NCBI GenBank assembly: GCA_012862495.1
Contig: BLSG01000090.1
Location: 120,846-184,845 of the forward strand
Origin: Thraustochytrium aureum
Lineage: Eukaryota
Reading direction: 5' to 3'
Length of the DNA: 64,000 nucleotides
How positions within the stretch are numbered: the first letter of the stretch is position 1; each line of letters starts with the position of its first letter. A program made the translations under genes and the position numbers. Below the pieces are notes generated by a model. That model saw nothing but the letters and a program-made list of their open reading frames with translations, ran no database searches and was not told the DNA's origin. Of the stretch, positions 36,737 to 47,448 are shown piece by piece.

Positions 36737-37700
36737 ATCACCCCGAGCGACCTCGATGACCTGCGCGGGACGCCGGGACGGCGTGGGCCCGGCCCGCGTC
36801 CAGTGGCGAGAGCCCGCCGCCGACCGCCCCCCTCCTCGCTTTGCCTTCCTTCCAATCGAGTGAGTGCTTCACGCCGCAGCAGGGTGGTGAATGCGCCGCG
36901 AGCGCGAGGACCAAGCGAGCGGGCAGCACGCCCTCGACTGTGCTCGGCACGCTGTTGCTCGAGGCCCGGCCTCCGCGGTGCCAGGCGAAACGTCCGCGGT
37001 TGGCCAGCGCGCGGCAAAACTGCGAGCTGCGGAGCAGGACGCGGGCGAGTCAGTCGCTCTGTCTGCGCCTGCTCGACCAACGTCGCTGCCTGCATCGCGC
37101 GGAAGACCGAGGAAGGGGGATCCCTCGCCGCTGCGCGTCGCTGCGCGCCGCTGCGCGCCAGGAGCCCGATCGAGCGCGGTGCGAGCGGGGTGGGTGGGTC
37201 GTGCGAAAACCGCGACGCCCCGGCGCTCTTGGAGGTCCGTAGTCGGGTATGGAGTGTCAGCAGGNNNNNNNNNNNNNNNNNNNNNNNNNNNNNNNNNNNN
37301 NNNNNNNNNNNNNNNNNNNNNNNNNNNNNNNNNNNNNNNNNNNNNNNNNNNNNNNNNNNNNNNNNNNNNNNNNNNNNNNNNNNNNNNNNNNNNNNNNNNN
37401 NNNNNNNNNNNNNNNNNNNNNNNNNNNNNNNNNNNNNNNNNNNNNNNNNNNNNNNNNNNNNNNNNNNNNNNNNNNNNNNNNGGATGAGTTGTCATGAGAT
37501 TTTTTGGCTTGCAGCACGTCGCGTTCTTCGTCCGTGCGTGAGTCGCCGGGCGAGCGAACTGCGTGGCCGGCCGGTCAGTCCCCAGAAGCGCCAGCGGTAG
37601 CACGAGCGGCACTCGTAGGTGCCCTTCTGTATTTGGCCTGTCCTCGGCGTGAAGCGGAGTAGCTTGCTGTCTCGAAATCTCTCCCACGAAGCCCGCCCCG

Positions 37701-38708
37701 ATGGAGCAGGTCGAGGCCGCAAAGGATGTCGGGCATCAAGCAGAGTCGGGGCCTGCGCCCCTGCCCGAGGAGCTCGCGTTTATTCCGATCGAGCCCGGGG
37801 TCGACGACGGCATGTCGGACGAGACGCTGCGGCAAGCAACCGAACACTTTCGTGTCAGGCCCACGGACGTAATCTGCGCAACGTTCCCCAAGACGGGCAC
37901 GACCGTGGTAACCTGGCTGTGCCATCAGTTGCGCACCGGCGGCCACGTCGACTTTGAAGACATGTATCAGGTCGCGCCGTGGATCCTGCTTTCCTGGGAC
38001 CTCGGCATGGACCCCAATGTGGACGGGTCGCAGTTCTTTCCACGTGTCTTCAAGTCGCACCTGCGGCTCGGTTCAGTCTGGCGCGGATGCAAGTACGTCG
38101 TGACTGTGCGGGACCCAGTCAAAACGAGCGAGTCTTTCTACAACTTCCTGGCAGCGAAGGGGATCGAGAGTGTCATTAAACAGACGCCAACCGAGTTTGT
38201 GCGCGACACGTCTTTTGTCCTCGGCAATGGTGGTTCTCGCGCCAGCATCTTTGACTTTTACAACGAGTACTACATCTGCCGCGAGTGCCCGAGCGTCCTT
38301 GTCCTCGTGTACGAGGACCTTGTGAAGGACATGCGAGGGGCTGCGCTGCTGTTGGCCGATTTTATGGGCGTGCCCGTTTCGGACGAGCGCATCGACAAGG
38401 CCGTCGCCATGAGCAGCAAGGAATTTATGGCACAGCACGAACCCAAGCTCGACGAGTCCTGGGTGTTTGAGCGCGCCAAGCGGCTTGGCCGGTCGCCCGA
38501 CGCTGCTGCTATGTGGACGCCTGCCAAGCGGGTTGTTCTCGGTGGCCACAAGGCTGTTTTGGACGAGGAGGGGCGAGCCTTGCTGTCGAGCAAATGGGCG
38601 GAAGCGGCGCCCGGCGGCTTTGCAACGTACGCCGAGTTCGCTGGGTTTTTCCGGGCCAAGAACGCAAAGCGATTGGCTGAGCTGAGCGGGCCGGCCACTT
38701 CTAGCTAA
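37701..38708 (+). CDS. Cytosolic-type PAPS-dependent sulfotransferase (Sulfotransfer_1 family)
   Basis: 5'-PSB loop DVICATFPKTGTT, catalytic His in RVFKSHL, 3'-PB RDPVKTSESFY, LVYEDL. Confidence 0.9.
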   Translation: MEQVEAAKDVGHQAESGPAPLPEELAFIPIEPGVDDGMSDETLRQATEHFRVRPTDVICATFPKTGTTVVTWLCHQLRTGGHVDFEDMYQVAPWILLSWDLGMDPNVDGSQFFPRVFKSHLRLGSVWRGCKYVVTVRDPVKTSESFYNFLAAKGIESVIKQTPTEFVRDTSFVLGNGGSRASIFDFYNEYYICRECPSVLVLVYEDLVKDMRGAALLLADFMGVPVSDERIDKAVAMSSKEFMAQHEPKLDESWVFERAKRLGRSPDAAAMWTPAKRVVLGGHKAVLDEEGRALLSSKWAEAAPGGFATYAEFAGFFRAKNAKRLAELSGPATSS

Positions 38709-38806
38709 GCTGCTTTTGCGATAGGATCAATTCTTGCGCTTTTTCGCTTTTTTGGTTCGCTTTGCGGCCCTCGAAGTTGTTGCGAGGCACACACGTCGAG
38801 GCGGGT

Positions 38807-39805
38807 CTAGAGCCCAGCGAGTTCGCGAGCAGCGACCAGAGCGCACATCAGAAGTGTCGCGGCCCTCGACTTTGAGGAGGGGCTCAGAACCTCGTTGCCT
38901 GACGGCGGCCTGGTGGTCGGCTCCTCGGTCGGCGGCTTGGTGGTCGGCGCCGCGGTCGGCGGCTCGGCATAGCTGCCGAAGAGGATGGTGCCGTCTTCCT
39001 CAACAGGGGGCGAATCCTCGCCGAGACGGCGCCGTCTGCTTGCGGTGCTGAAAAGTAGCAGTCCGATGTCAATCTCTTCCGAAATCGCGGCGTCAACACC
39101 AAACAAAGATGATCTCGCCAGTTTCCACAGGTTCAGAGAGCTTTCCCCAAGGTCGGGGATGGTTTCGTCGAGCGCAGTGAAGTGAACAGTCATCTTCAGT
39201 TTTGCGCCACCAGCTGCCTTGCTGAGCTCGAGCTTGGGAAATGATAGACAGGCATCCACTCCCAAGCCCTGGGCTGCTGTCTGAAGTGCGAGAAGGTACG
39301 GGCCAGCAAATGGCAGGTCGTCGAGTATCTCGCGCAGACAAATGCTGCTTGAAGACGGGGTCGTGAAAAGCGAGAACTTTTCAGCTCCGCCGCCTTCTGG
39401 GTAAGTTGTGGGTTCCAGCTCGTAACGCAGCAGACCGTAGCTGAGGCTTAGCTCAGGGGTCGTGATCTCGTAGAGGACTTCAATGCCGGCTTGAAGTCCT
39501 TCATCTTCTAGGTTGTCATCTGTGATGCTAGCTCCGACGAAAGCGGACCAGTCGAAGTGCATCTCGGCGGCTGAGACGTTGACCCGGACGGTGACGCGGC
39601 ACTGGACTGTCCAGGGCAGGTCGCCGTATTTCAGTCCGCATTCGGAACCTGGCAGAAGGGAAATGGTGGTAGCATCGAAGGCCTCAATGGCGCCGTCCAA
39701 CGGGAAGACCTTGTCAAATCCGTCGCCGATAGAAGCAGAACTTGGCACGGACGCAAGAGCTACGGCAAAGGCCGCAGCCGCTGCTGTTTTCGCGACCTGG
39801 CGCAT
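38807..39805 (-). CDS. Uncharacterised secreted, probably GPI- or tail-anchored surface protein
   Basis: Signal peptide MRQVAKTAAAAAFAVALASVPSSA, Cys-containing beta-rich body, SRRRRL dibasic site, PTAAPTTKPPTEEPTTRPP stalk, hydrophobic C-terminus AATLLMCALVAA. Confidence 0.7.
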   Translation of the reverse strand: MRQVAKTAAAAAFAVALASVPSSASIGDGFDKVFPLDGAIEAFDATTISLLPGSECGLKYGDLPWTVQCRVTVRVNVSAAEMHFDWSAFVGASITDDNLEDEGLQAGIEVLYEITTPELSLSYGLLRYELEPTTYPEGGGAEKFSLFTTPSSSSICLREILDDLPFAGPYLLALQTAAQGLGVDACLSFPKLELSKAAGGAKLKMTVHFTALDETIPDLGESSLNLWKLARSSLFGVDAAISEEIDIGLLLFSTASRRRRLGEDSPPVEEDGTILFGSYAEPPTAAPTTKPPTEEPTTRPPSGNEVLSPSSKSRAATLLMCALVAARELAGL

Positions 39806-40250
39806 CGTCTTGTGTGAGAGCTCGTGAGTCTTCGGGGGAGCTCCGCTTGGATTCTTCGCTCTGCTGGCCGAAAGCGGCGTGTGGGATGTGCTACTCGATG
39901 CAGCGGTTCTGTCCACTGACCTGGTCGCCCTCGGTGCTGTTCAAGTTCTGGGTCTGCCCACAGGCACTCACCTCGCCATCGGTGCTCCACTTTTAAGCTA
40001 GAGCGCATTGAGGAGGCAGTTTCGTCTTTTCTTTAAGGTCTCTCCGAGTCGGTTTACCTGTCGCAAATGGTGAAAACAAGGAGGATCCTCCTTGGTGAAA
40101 ACAACTTCCTTTGGCGAAAGNNNNNNNNNNNNNNNNNNNNNNNNNNNNNNNNNNNNNNNNNNNNNNNNNNNNNNNNNNNNNNNNNNNNNNNNNNNNNNGG
40201 CACTCTATCTTAAAAACAAGGCTGCCTCACTGGCAACTTGTCGACTTGTA

Positions 40251-40408
40251 AACGAACACCTCAACGGACAGGGACCAGCACAGGCCTTTCCGCCGCCCAA
40301 TCCATGCGTTGACCGACATGGAGCGTTTGTTAACGAACACCTGAACGGACAGGGACCAGTGGTCGACCGAGCGTTTTAAAAACGGACATGTCAACGGACA
40401 GAAACCAG
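40251..40408. repeat. Three imperfect copies of a 28-bp direct repeat
   Basis: aacgaacacctcaacggacagggaccag (40251), aacgaacacctgaacggacagggaccag (40332), aacggacatgtcaacggacagaaaccag (40381). Confidence 0.8.
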
Positions 40409-40540
40409 CGCAGCCTTGCCGCCCAACGCGTGGTTCGACCCCAGCCTCGCCGCCCGATGGCCCGAGCTCGAGTAGAAGGGAAAAGCTGCGCTACTAGACT
40501 ACTAGAGAAAAGATTTCGTAGTTTACAATTTACAGGTCGA

Positions 40541-42811
40541 TCATGTCTGCGCCATCGAGCAGCTCGTGTTGTTGCGCTGGAACACCTTGACACCTCTGGT
40601 ATCCGCCTCCGGGGCAGCTGTCGGCTGGGAACGATTGGGAGCCGCAACTTCGGACGCCGCCAAACGCGCATACGCGGCAAAGATGCGCGACCCAGCGATG
40701 AGAGCGGCAGTAACACAGGTGCAAAACGAGATGCTACAGGCCACGAAGATGGTCTTCTGAGACACGGTCAGGCCATCCAGCATGGAGATAGCAACCGTGA
40801 AGAGCGTTGCGATGGCTGCGTTGTAGTTGCTGAAGAAGAGAAACTTGGCCTCGCTGAAGATGAGCCCCGAGTAGTTGCGCGTCTGATAAGCCAAGACGCA
40901 CGAGACCGCCATCGCTAGAAAGGCAACCATGAGAGTGACGATGAGCAGGTTTGTGTCAAGCGGGCAGGTGCGCTCCGTAACCCCGACGGACGTGGAGCCC
41001 TTGGCTTGCGTGTCCACGGGCTCAAAGCCCATGATGCCCGCCCAGAGCCCAAACCAGCACGAGCTGAACAGGGTGAGGAAGAGGCCCGAGAAACGCAAAA
41101 GAAAGGTGCGCTTCTTCGAGGTGCGGCGATCCATCTTGTACTTGCACCTCACGATCTGAATGATGATGAATTGCTTGATGAGCAGCGAGCCCGCAAAGTA
41201 AAAAAAGCCGTACAACAGCCCGGCGACGCGCAGCGCGCAAAACGCCGCCGTGGGCTCGCCGATCGCAAAGGTCGTCGAGTGGTTGAGCAGGACAGCGCCG
41301 AGCAAAAAGAGCAGCATGGTCTGGAGACGCGCCGCCTTGACAGCCGGGGATTTGCGGTAGAAGAGGATGCCGATCGCCAAAGAGCACAGGAAAAAGTCTG
41401 TGGCGATCGAGAGGTAGAGGATCCAGTTCGAAATCACGCTGTCGCTCGGGACGAACGGGCAGCTGAGCGTCTCAACAACAACCACGGGTATCTTGGTGAC
41501 ATGCCAGCGGGACTTGTACACGGAGGGCAGCATTTCCCCGCAAAGTCCCCGGTCTGCTCGATGCTGACAAGTGTCGAATTCTCGAACTCGGATTGGTTGA
41601 ATACACGCAAAACAAGCCTGGCACCGTCCTTGTCGCAAGGACAGCCAACGAAGGTCGGCTTGAGTTGCTCCCGGTGCCAAACAATACCGGCAAACTGAGA
41701 CTCGACCGGAGAGAGCCATCGCGACCACGTCATTTGGTTTGCGTTGGCCCAGTCGCACACAACGCGGCCAAAGGTCTTGTTCGGGTTTGTGTACAGGTCA
41801 GCGAGCATTTCTTCTTGCTGCGCAGTTGCCGTGTACCGCATTGCAGACAGGAAAACGGCTACGTCCGGGAAGCGCGCGGCCATTTTGGTCGCGAAGGCCT
41901 TGTGGAGGACCTCTGAAGGGTAGTCGCAGGCGACGCCGCCCGTTTCTAATTCGTCCCAGCACGCTGGTGTGTATGGGGGAAGGATGACACGCGTGAGGTT
42001 GTAGATTTGCATGAGCGCGTGAGGTTGCCAGAAGTAGAACAAAATCGGCCGGCGCTCCGCAATCGCCGATTCAACCTCCGCAATCAAGCCGGCCTCCGTG
42101 CCCGCTACCTCAACAGTGAGGTTGAGGCCCAGGTTTCGTATCACCTGGCCGTCGATTTGCACCCATTCAGGAGAACCCGCGACAAACCGCCCGGCGTACG
42201 TGGGGATGGTCTGCGTCGCCGGCGAGGCGCATTCTCCAGAAGTTGCAAGCCCGCCGAAACTTGCCGGCGTGCCGCCATCGGCTTCTGCTGCTGCGCAGGG
42301 GAGCAAGTCTTTGCCCTCGCGATTTGTCTTGATGCCCTCCGTGCAGCACGGAAGCTCGCTGTGTGGACTTGTGAAAGCGGCTGCGCGGGCTGGGTTGAGC
42401 AGGGTGCGCCAGTACTCTAGCGACGGGTCGATGTCCTGCTGCACGAACGAGGGCATGTACCACCCGATTGTCCCTGTCGCGCCAAGCCAGCCAGCGTCCA
42501 CCACGTCTGACGTTTGGAGGACGTGTTTGTAGTATTCGGCCTTGTTGCCGGTGGGCCACATCTCGAGCATGGCGTCGATCTCGCCAAGTGCCATCCGTTT
42601 ATACGCATCATCTGAGGTAGCATTTGTGAGGTCATCGGGCGCAGCCGACCTTTCCAGCTCGCCAAAAGTATTGCCGTGCGGGACCATCTCGACGGGGTAC
42701 CCGAGAAACTCCTCAATGAAGATTGCTGCGAGGTAGACGTTGATGAACGACCCCGTCCACGAGCTGACCCCCAGCTTGACGGCGCAGGGAAACGTTCCGT
42801 CGGGTCCAGCA
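40541..42811 (-). CDS. Class C-like GPCR (7tm_3) with an N-terminal ProX/OpuAC glycine-betaine-binding domain; 5' end in N-gap, frameshift near 41505
   Basis: OpuAC motifs SWTGSFINVYLAAIFIEEFLGYPVE, GEIDAMLEMW, GTIGWYMP, IRNLGL, RRPILFYFWQPH, CDYP. Cys-rich linker. Seven hydrophobic helices with RKSPAVKAA, TM3 Cys, and LAYQTRN...FSEAKFLFFSNYN. Confidence 0.85.
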
Positions 42812-44092
42812 NNNNNNNNNNNNNNNNNNNNNNNNNNNNNNNNNNNNNNNNNNNNNNNNNNNNNNNNNNNNNNNNNNNNNNNNNNNNNNNNNNNNNNNNN
42901 NNNNNNNNNNNNNNNNNNNNNNNNNNNNNNNNNNNNNNNNNNNNNNNNNNNNNNNNNNNNNNNNNNNNNNNNNNNNNNNNNNNNNNNNNNNNNNNNNNNN
43001 NNNNNNNNNNNNNNNNNNNNNNNNNNNNNNNNNNNNNNNNNNNNNNNNNNNNNNNNNNNNNNNNNNNNNNNNNNNNNNNNNNNNNNNNNNNNNNNNNNNN
43101 NNNNNNNNNNNNNNNNNNNNNNNNNNNNNNNNNNNNNNNNNNNNNNNNNNNNNNNNNNNNNNNNNNNNNNNNNNNNNNCGGGCTCACTCACTCACACGGG
43201 AGGCAGGCCGGCTCCTATGGCCTGCCAGGCGGGCGTTGGCAACCACCGCCCACCTGCCCGCGCTGCCCCGCGCTGCCCCGCGCTGCCCTGCCCGTCGTCC
43301 GGGGACTACGTCGGCGCGTGTTGCTGGTTGTGCATCCTCAAGGTCTCCTTGCACTGTGGTTGTTTGAGGGCCCGGAAGAACAAAAGAATAACTCCGAACC
43401 CAACCTATTCACCTCTCGATAAAATGCAAGTTCGATTACCCGACAAGGTGACGCGTCGTCAAATAGTTTCCCCGAGAGGGGTGGCTCCGCGCTCGGCGAA
43501 TATACACTAATACGCCGGCTCGTGTCCACGTGCCGATCTTTTGGGGGGTAGTGTAGGCGGCACGCTTTGTCACGACTTCACATCCGCACTATCGAAGGAG
43601 TTTCGGCAAAGCAGTTGGGCAGGCTGCCGCGACGTAGGCAGACCTGACGGGATTGCACCGGCCACCGGGGGCTGCGGCGTTCGCTGCGTTGCTGGAGCTC
43701 CTGGCGGTGTGCGCTCGCTGAGCTGCGTGTCTGCACGCTGTGTTCCCGGCCCGGCCCGTGGCGCGAAGATCGATCTTGTTGCCCTCCCATGACAACTCAT
43801 GACTCAGATCTTTGGTGAACTGCCGCGCTGTTCTGCTCGTTGGGGCGTGCGTGCGTGCTGGCGACTCGGCTGGCAATCGTTTGGGCTCGGGAATCCTCGC
43901 GGCAGGCTGGCCGAGCAGCAGGCGGGCGATCTTGCTGGCCTCTTGATGCGTTGGAAGGGAAGTACCTACCGGTTGAGCAGAGTTGCAGAGTAAAGTACCT
44001 CATCAACACACTCGACTCACTACAGCTGCATGTGGACACAAAGCGAGCCAAAAGGCAGCCAAGAGGCCCCAGGCAAGAAGCCTTTCGATCAC

Positions 44093-44121
44093 CCATCCAT
44101 CCACCCATCCATCCATCCATC
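44093..44121. repeat. (CCAT/CCAC)n microsatellite
   Basis: ccatccatccacccatccatccatccatc. Confidence 0.8.
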
Positions 44122-44436
44122 CGTCCACGCACGGCGATCGCTGAGCCCGAGCCGCTCGGCTCGCGACTGCAGGCAGCAGCAGGTCTAGCGGCTGCCGAGC
44201 CGAAGGATACCGGTGCAGAGCACGCGCACAGGGCCAAGATCGGTTTCGAAACCTTTTCGGCGTCAGCGCCACGCGCGGCCGAGCGCGTGGCCCTGGGCCA
44301 GCTTGCTGCGGCGAAACACCTGGGACTGGACGCGCGAGAGGCCACCGTGCGCTGCGGACGCAACCCCGCTGAGCTGGAGCCGCCGCCGCCCTGGAGGGGC
44401 TTCGGAGACGCCGTTCTCAGGAGCGGGCCAGTGATG

Positions 44437-46016
44437 ATGGGCTCGCTGATCTCCCAGGCTGGGGCCAGGCAGAGCACCCTGAGCAAGCTCTGGGCCCTGG
44501 CGGTGGGGCGCCCTGTAAACCCCTTTGGGCTCCACTTTGAAGACAACCCCCGCGCGCCGGGGCCAGGGCAAATTGTCGAGTGGATCGTCATGTTTCTGGA
44601 CCCCTCGGACTGCTGCGCCCTGATGCAGGCCTGCATGGGCGCAGCGGCAAGCACCACGTCGCCAAGGCCTGCACGAGCGCGTTGAAGAGCGCCGCGTTCT
44701 TGTCCGCTGGGTTCCGCTCTGGCCGCGGCCAGGACGTCGAGCGGCTCCTCAGCATCCCCTACTTGCCCGAGCCCGAGGTTCGCGGCGCTCTGCTGGGCGC
44801 GCTGCACCAGCTCGACGCAAGCTACGGAGCCGAGTACCTCGACGAAGGCGGGCAGCGCATCGAGCAAGACACGAACGCGCTGCGCGACGCCCTGTTCGCC
44901 ATTCTGAGCTGTGACCTCGGCGAACGACACCCCGTGGTCCAGACGCTCGCGCGCGAGAGGGTGCAAGCCCGTGGGGTGGTGGCGCGCCACGCAGGCGTAA
45001 GCGAGCACTGTTTCGACGCGGTGTGGGCGCTCTGCCGCGTCAAGGTGGGGCGGCAGGACCTCATCGTTTCCGGGTCGGGCGACAACACCACCATTCTGTT
45101 CTGGGACCAAGCCACGGGTCGCCAGGTGAAAACACTCAATGCGCACGACGATGAGATGACCAGTCTGGCCGCCGACCTCGTCGACGGCTCAAAGTTCTGG
45201 AGCGGCTCTGAGGACGGCCTGGTCAAGCTCTGGAGTGCGGCGTCGGGGTCCTGCGAAGCCACCTTTGGGCCGTTCTCCGACGACTACGGGTACGTGCGCG
45301 CGCTGTGCTGCGTGATCGCGTCCAACGCAACCTCGGTCGCGCTCGCCGGGCTGTACAACGGCGAGATCCACGCGATTAATGCCGATTTCGGTGAGGCGAC
45401 AAAGGGCGGCCCGAGGCTGCTGTGCCGGCTACCAAGCTTTGTGACGAGCATCACCCTGCTTGAGTTTGGCCGCGCCAATGTGGCTGTCGGCTGCGGCGAC
45501 AAAAAGGTGCGGGTGATTCACAGCTTGACCGGCGAGGTGTTTCACACGTTGCGCGGCCACCTTGATGGCTGCTTCGTCATGCGGTCCGTCCACCCGCCGC
45601 GCGAGGTGCTCGAGCTGCTGGGTCTTGGCCTTGGGGCGCCGCACAACAAAATGGTTTCCTGCTCCTGGGACAAGACGCTCCGTGTCTGGAACCTGGACGA
45701 CGGCTCGTGCGCCCGCACCTTGCGCGGCCACACTGCGCGCGTGATTGCCTGCGTCGTGCTCAATGTTAATAATGTTGGCGACCCAGTCAAGCAGGTCATC
45801 GCCTCGTGCTCAATCGATGGCACCGTGCGGTTTTGGGATGCAAACTCGGGAGCCTGCATCACCATGTACACCGTTGGGGCCAAGCTGTTTGAGGTCATCT
45901 TGCTTCCGGATGGCGGCCTCGCGGTCGGGACGGAGAACGGCCGCGTCGTCGTGCTTGACTACCGCTCGACCGTGATGTGCAGTGCATTGTCTGCCGAGCA
46001 GTCGCTCGTTTTGTGA
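44437..46016 (+). CDS. WD40-repeat protein with a probable N-terminal F-box-like motif; frameshift near 44650
   Basis: WD repeats SGSGDNTTILFWD, AHDDE...SGSEDGLVKLWS, SCSWDKTLRVWN, GHTARV...SCSIDGTVRFWD. Upstream frame IVEWIVMFLDPSDCCALMQAC resembles an F-box. Start MGSLIS is tentative. Confidence 0.7.
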
Positions 46017-47448
46017 GCGGATGCGTAATGTGGGGCTCATGCATGCACATGCTTGCGGCCGCCGCGCGCACGACCTGCTCGCCCTGTTCTGTTGTTGTTT
46101 TTTAGGGCCTGCTTTGCCTGCGCCGCCCGCGTGCAGCGAGGAGAGTCGCAGGCTGGCGGGGCCTGTGGTTTCGCAGCTGTAGAATGTACCACAAGCCGTT
46201 CCGATGATTTGGTATTGACGGAGCTGCTCGCGGTCTGCTGATGCTCCTGGTTGGATAGTTGCCCATTAGATGCTGCGTTGCACTTCAACTCGAGCTCCCT
46301 CGCGCGGCTTGTTTTGCTTGGTGAGAGGTACAAGAAGGAGACCATTTGCGCCGCAGTCGAACGTTGTCGAGATAGTGGACGAAAAGTGCCCGACCACGCA
46401 GCCGCCTGCTGCGTGCGTCGGCCTGGCGCGCGCGCGACGCAGTCCCTTCCCGTGCCTTTTCACCAACGGCCACCACAANNNNNNNNNNNNNNNNNNNNNN
46501 NNNNNNNNNNNNNNNNNNNNNNNNNNNNNNNNNNNNNNNNNNNNNNNNNNNNNNNNNNNNNNNNNNNNNNNNNNNNNNNNNNNNNNNNNNNNNNNNNNNN
46601 NNNNNNNNNNNNNNNNNNNNNNNNNNNNNNNNNNNNNNNNNNNNNNNNNNNNNNNNNNNNNNNNNNNNNNNNNNNNNNNNNNNNNNNNNNNNNNNNNNNN
46701 NNNNNNNNNNNNNNNNNNNNNNNNNNNNNNNNNNNNNNNNNNNNNNNNNNNNNNNNNNNNNNNNNNNNNNNNNNNNNNNNNNNNNNNNNNNNNNNNNNNN
46801 NNNNNNNNNNNNNNNNNNNNNNNNNNNNNNNNNNNNNNNNNNNNNNNNNNNNNNNNNNNNNNNNNNNNNNNNNNNNNNNNNNNNNNNNNNNNNNNNNNNN
46901 NNNNNNNNNNNNNNNNNNNNNNNNNNNNNNNNNNNNNNNNNNNNNNNNNNNNNNNNNNNNNNNNNNNNNNNNNNNNNNNNNNNNNNNNNNNNNNNNNNNN
47001 NNNNNNNNNNNNNNNNNNNNNNNNNNNNNNNNNNNNNNNNNNNNNNNNNNNNNNNNNNNNNNNNNNNNNNNNNNNNNNNNNNNNNNNNNNNNNNNNNNNN
47101 NNNNNNNNNNNNNNNNNNNNNNNNNNNNNNNNNNNNNNNNNNNNNNNNNNNNNNNNNNNNNNNNNNNNNNNNNNNNNNNNNNNNNNNNNNNNNNNNNNNN
47201 NNNNNNNNNNNNNNNNNNNNNNNNNNNNNNNNNNNNNNNNNNNNNNNNNNNNNNNNNNNNNNNNNNNNNNNNNNNNNNNNNNNNNNNNNNNNNNNNNNNN
47301 NNNNNNNNNNNNNNNNNNNNNNNNNNNNNNNNNNNNNNNNNNNNNNNNNNNNNNNNNNNNNNNNNNNNNNNNNNNNNNNNNNNNNNNNNNNNNNNNNNNN
47401 NNNNNNNNNNNNNNNNNNNNNNNNNNNNNNNNNNNNNNNNNNNNNNNN

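Noticed and set aside
40251..40408. 28-bp spaced repeats as a CRISPR-like array
   Set aside because: Only three degenerate copies, very unequal spacing, not palindromic
28674..42811. BBS9, kinesin-14 and the GPCR as a co-regulated ciliary cluster
   Set aside because: Interspersed with unrelated genes on mixed strands, and kinesin-14 is mainly a spindle motor; proximity is not evidence
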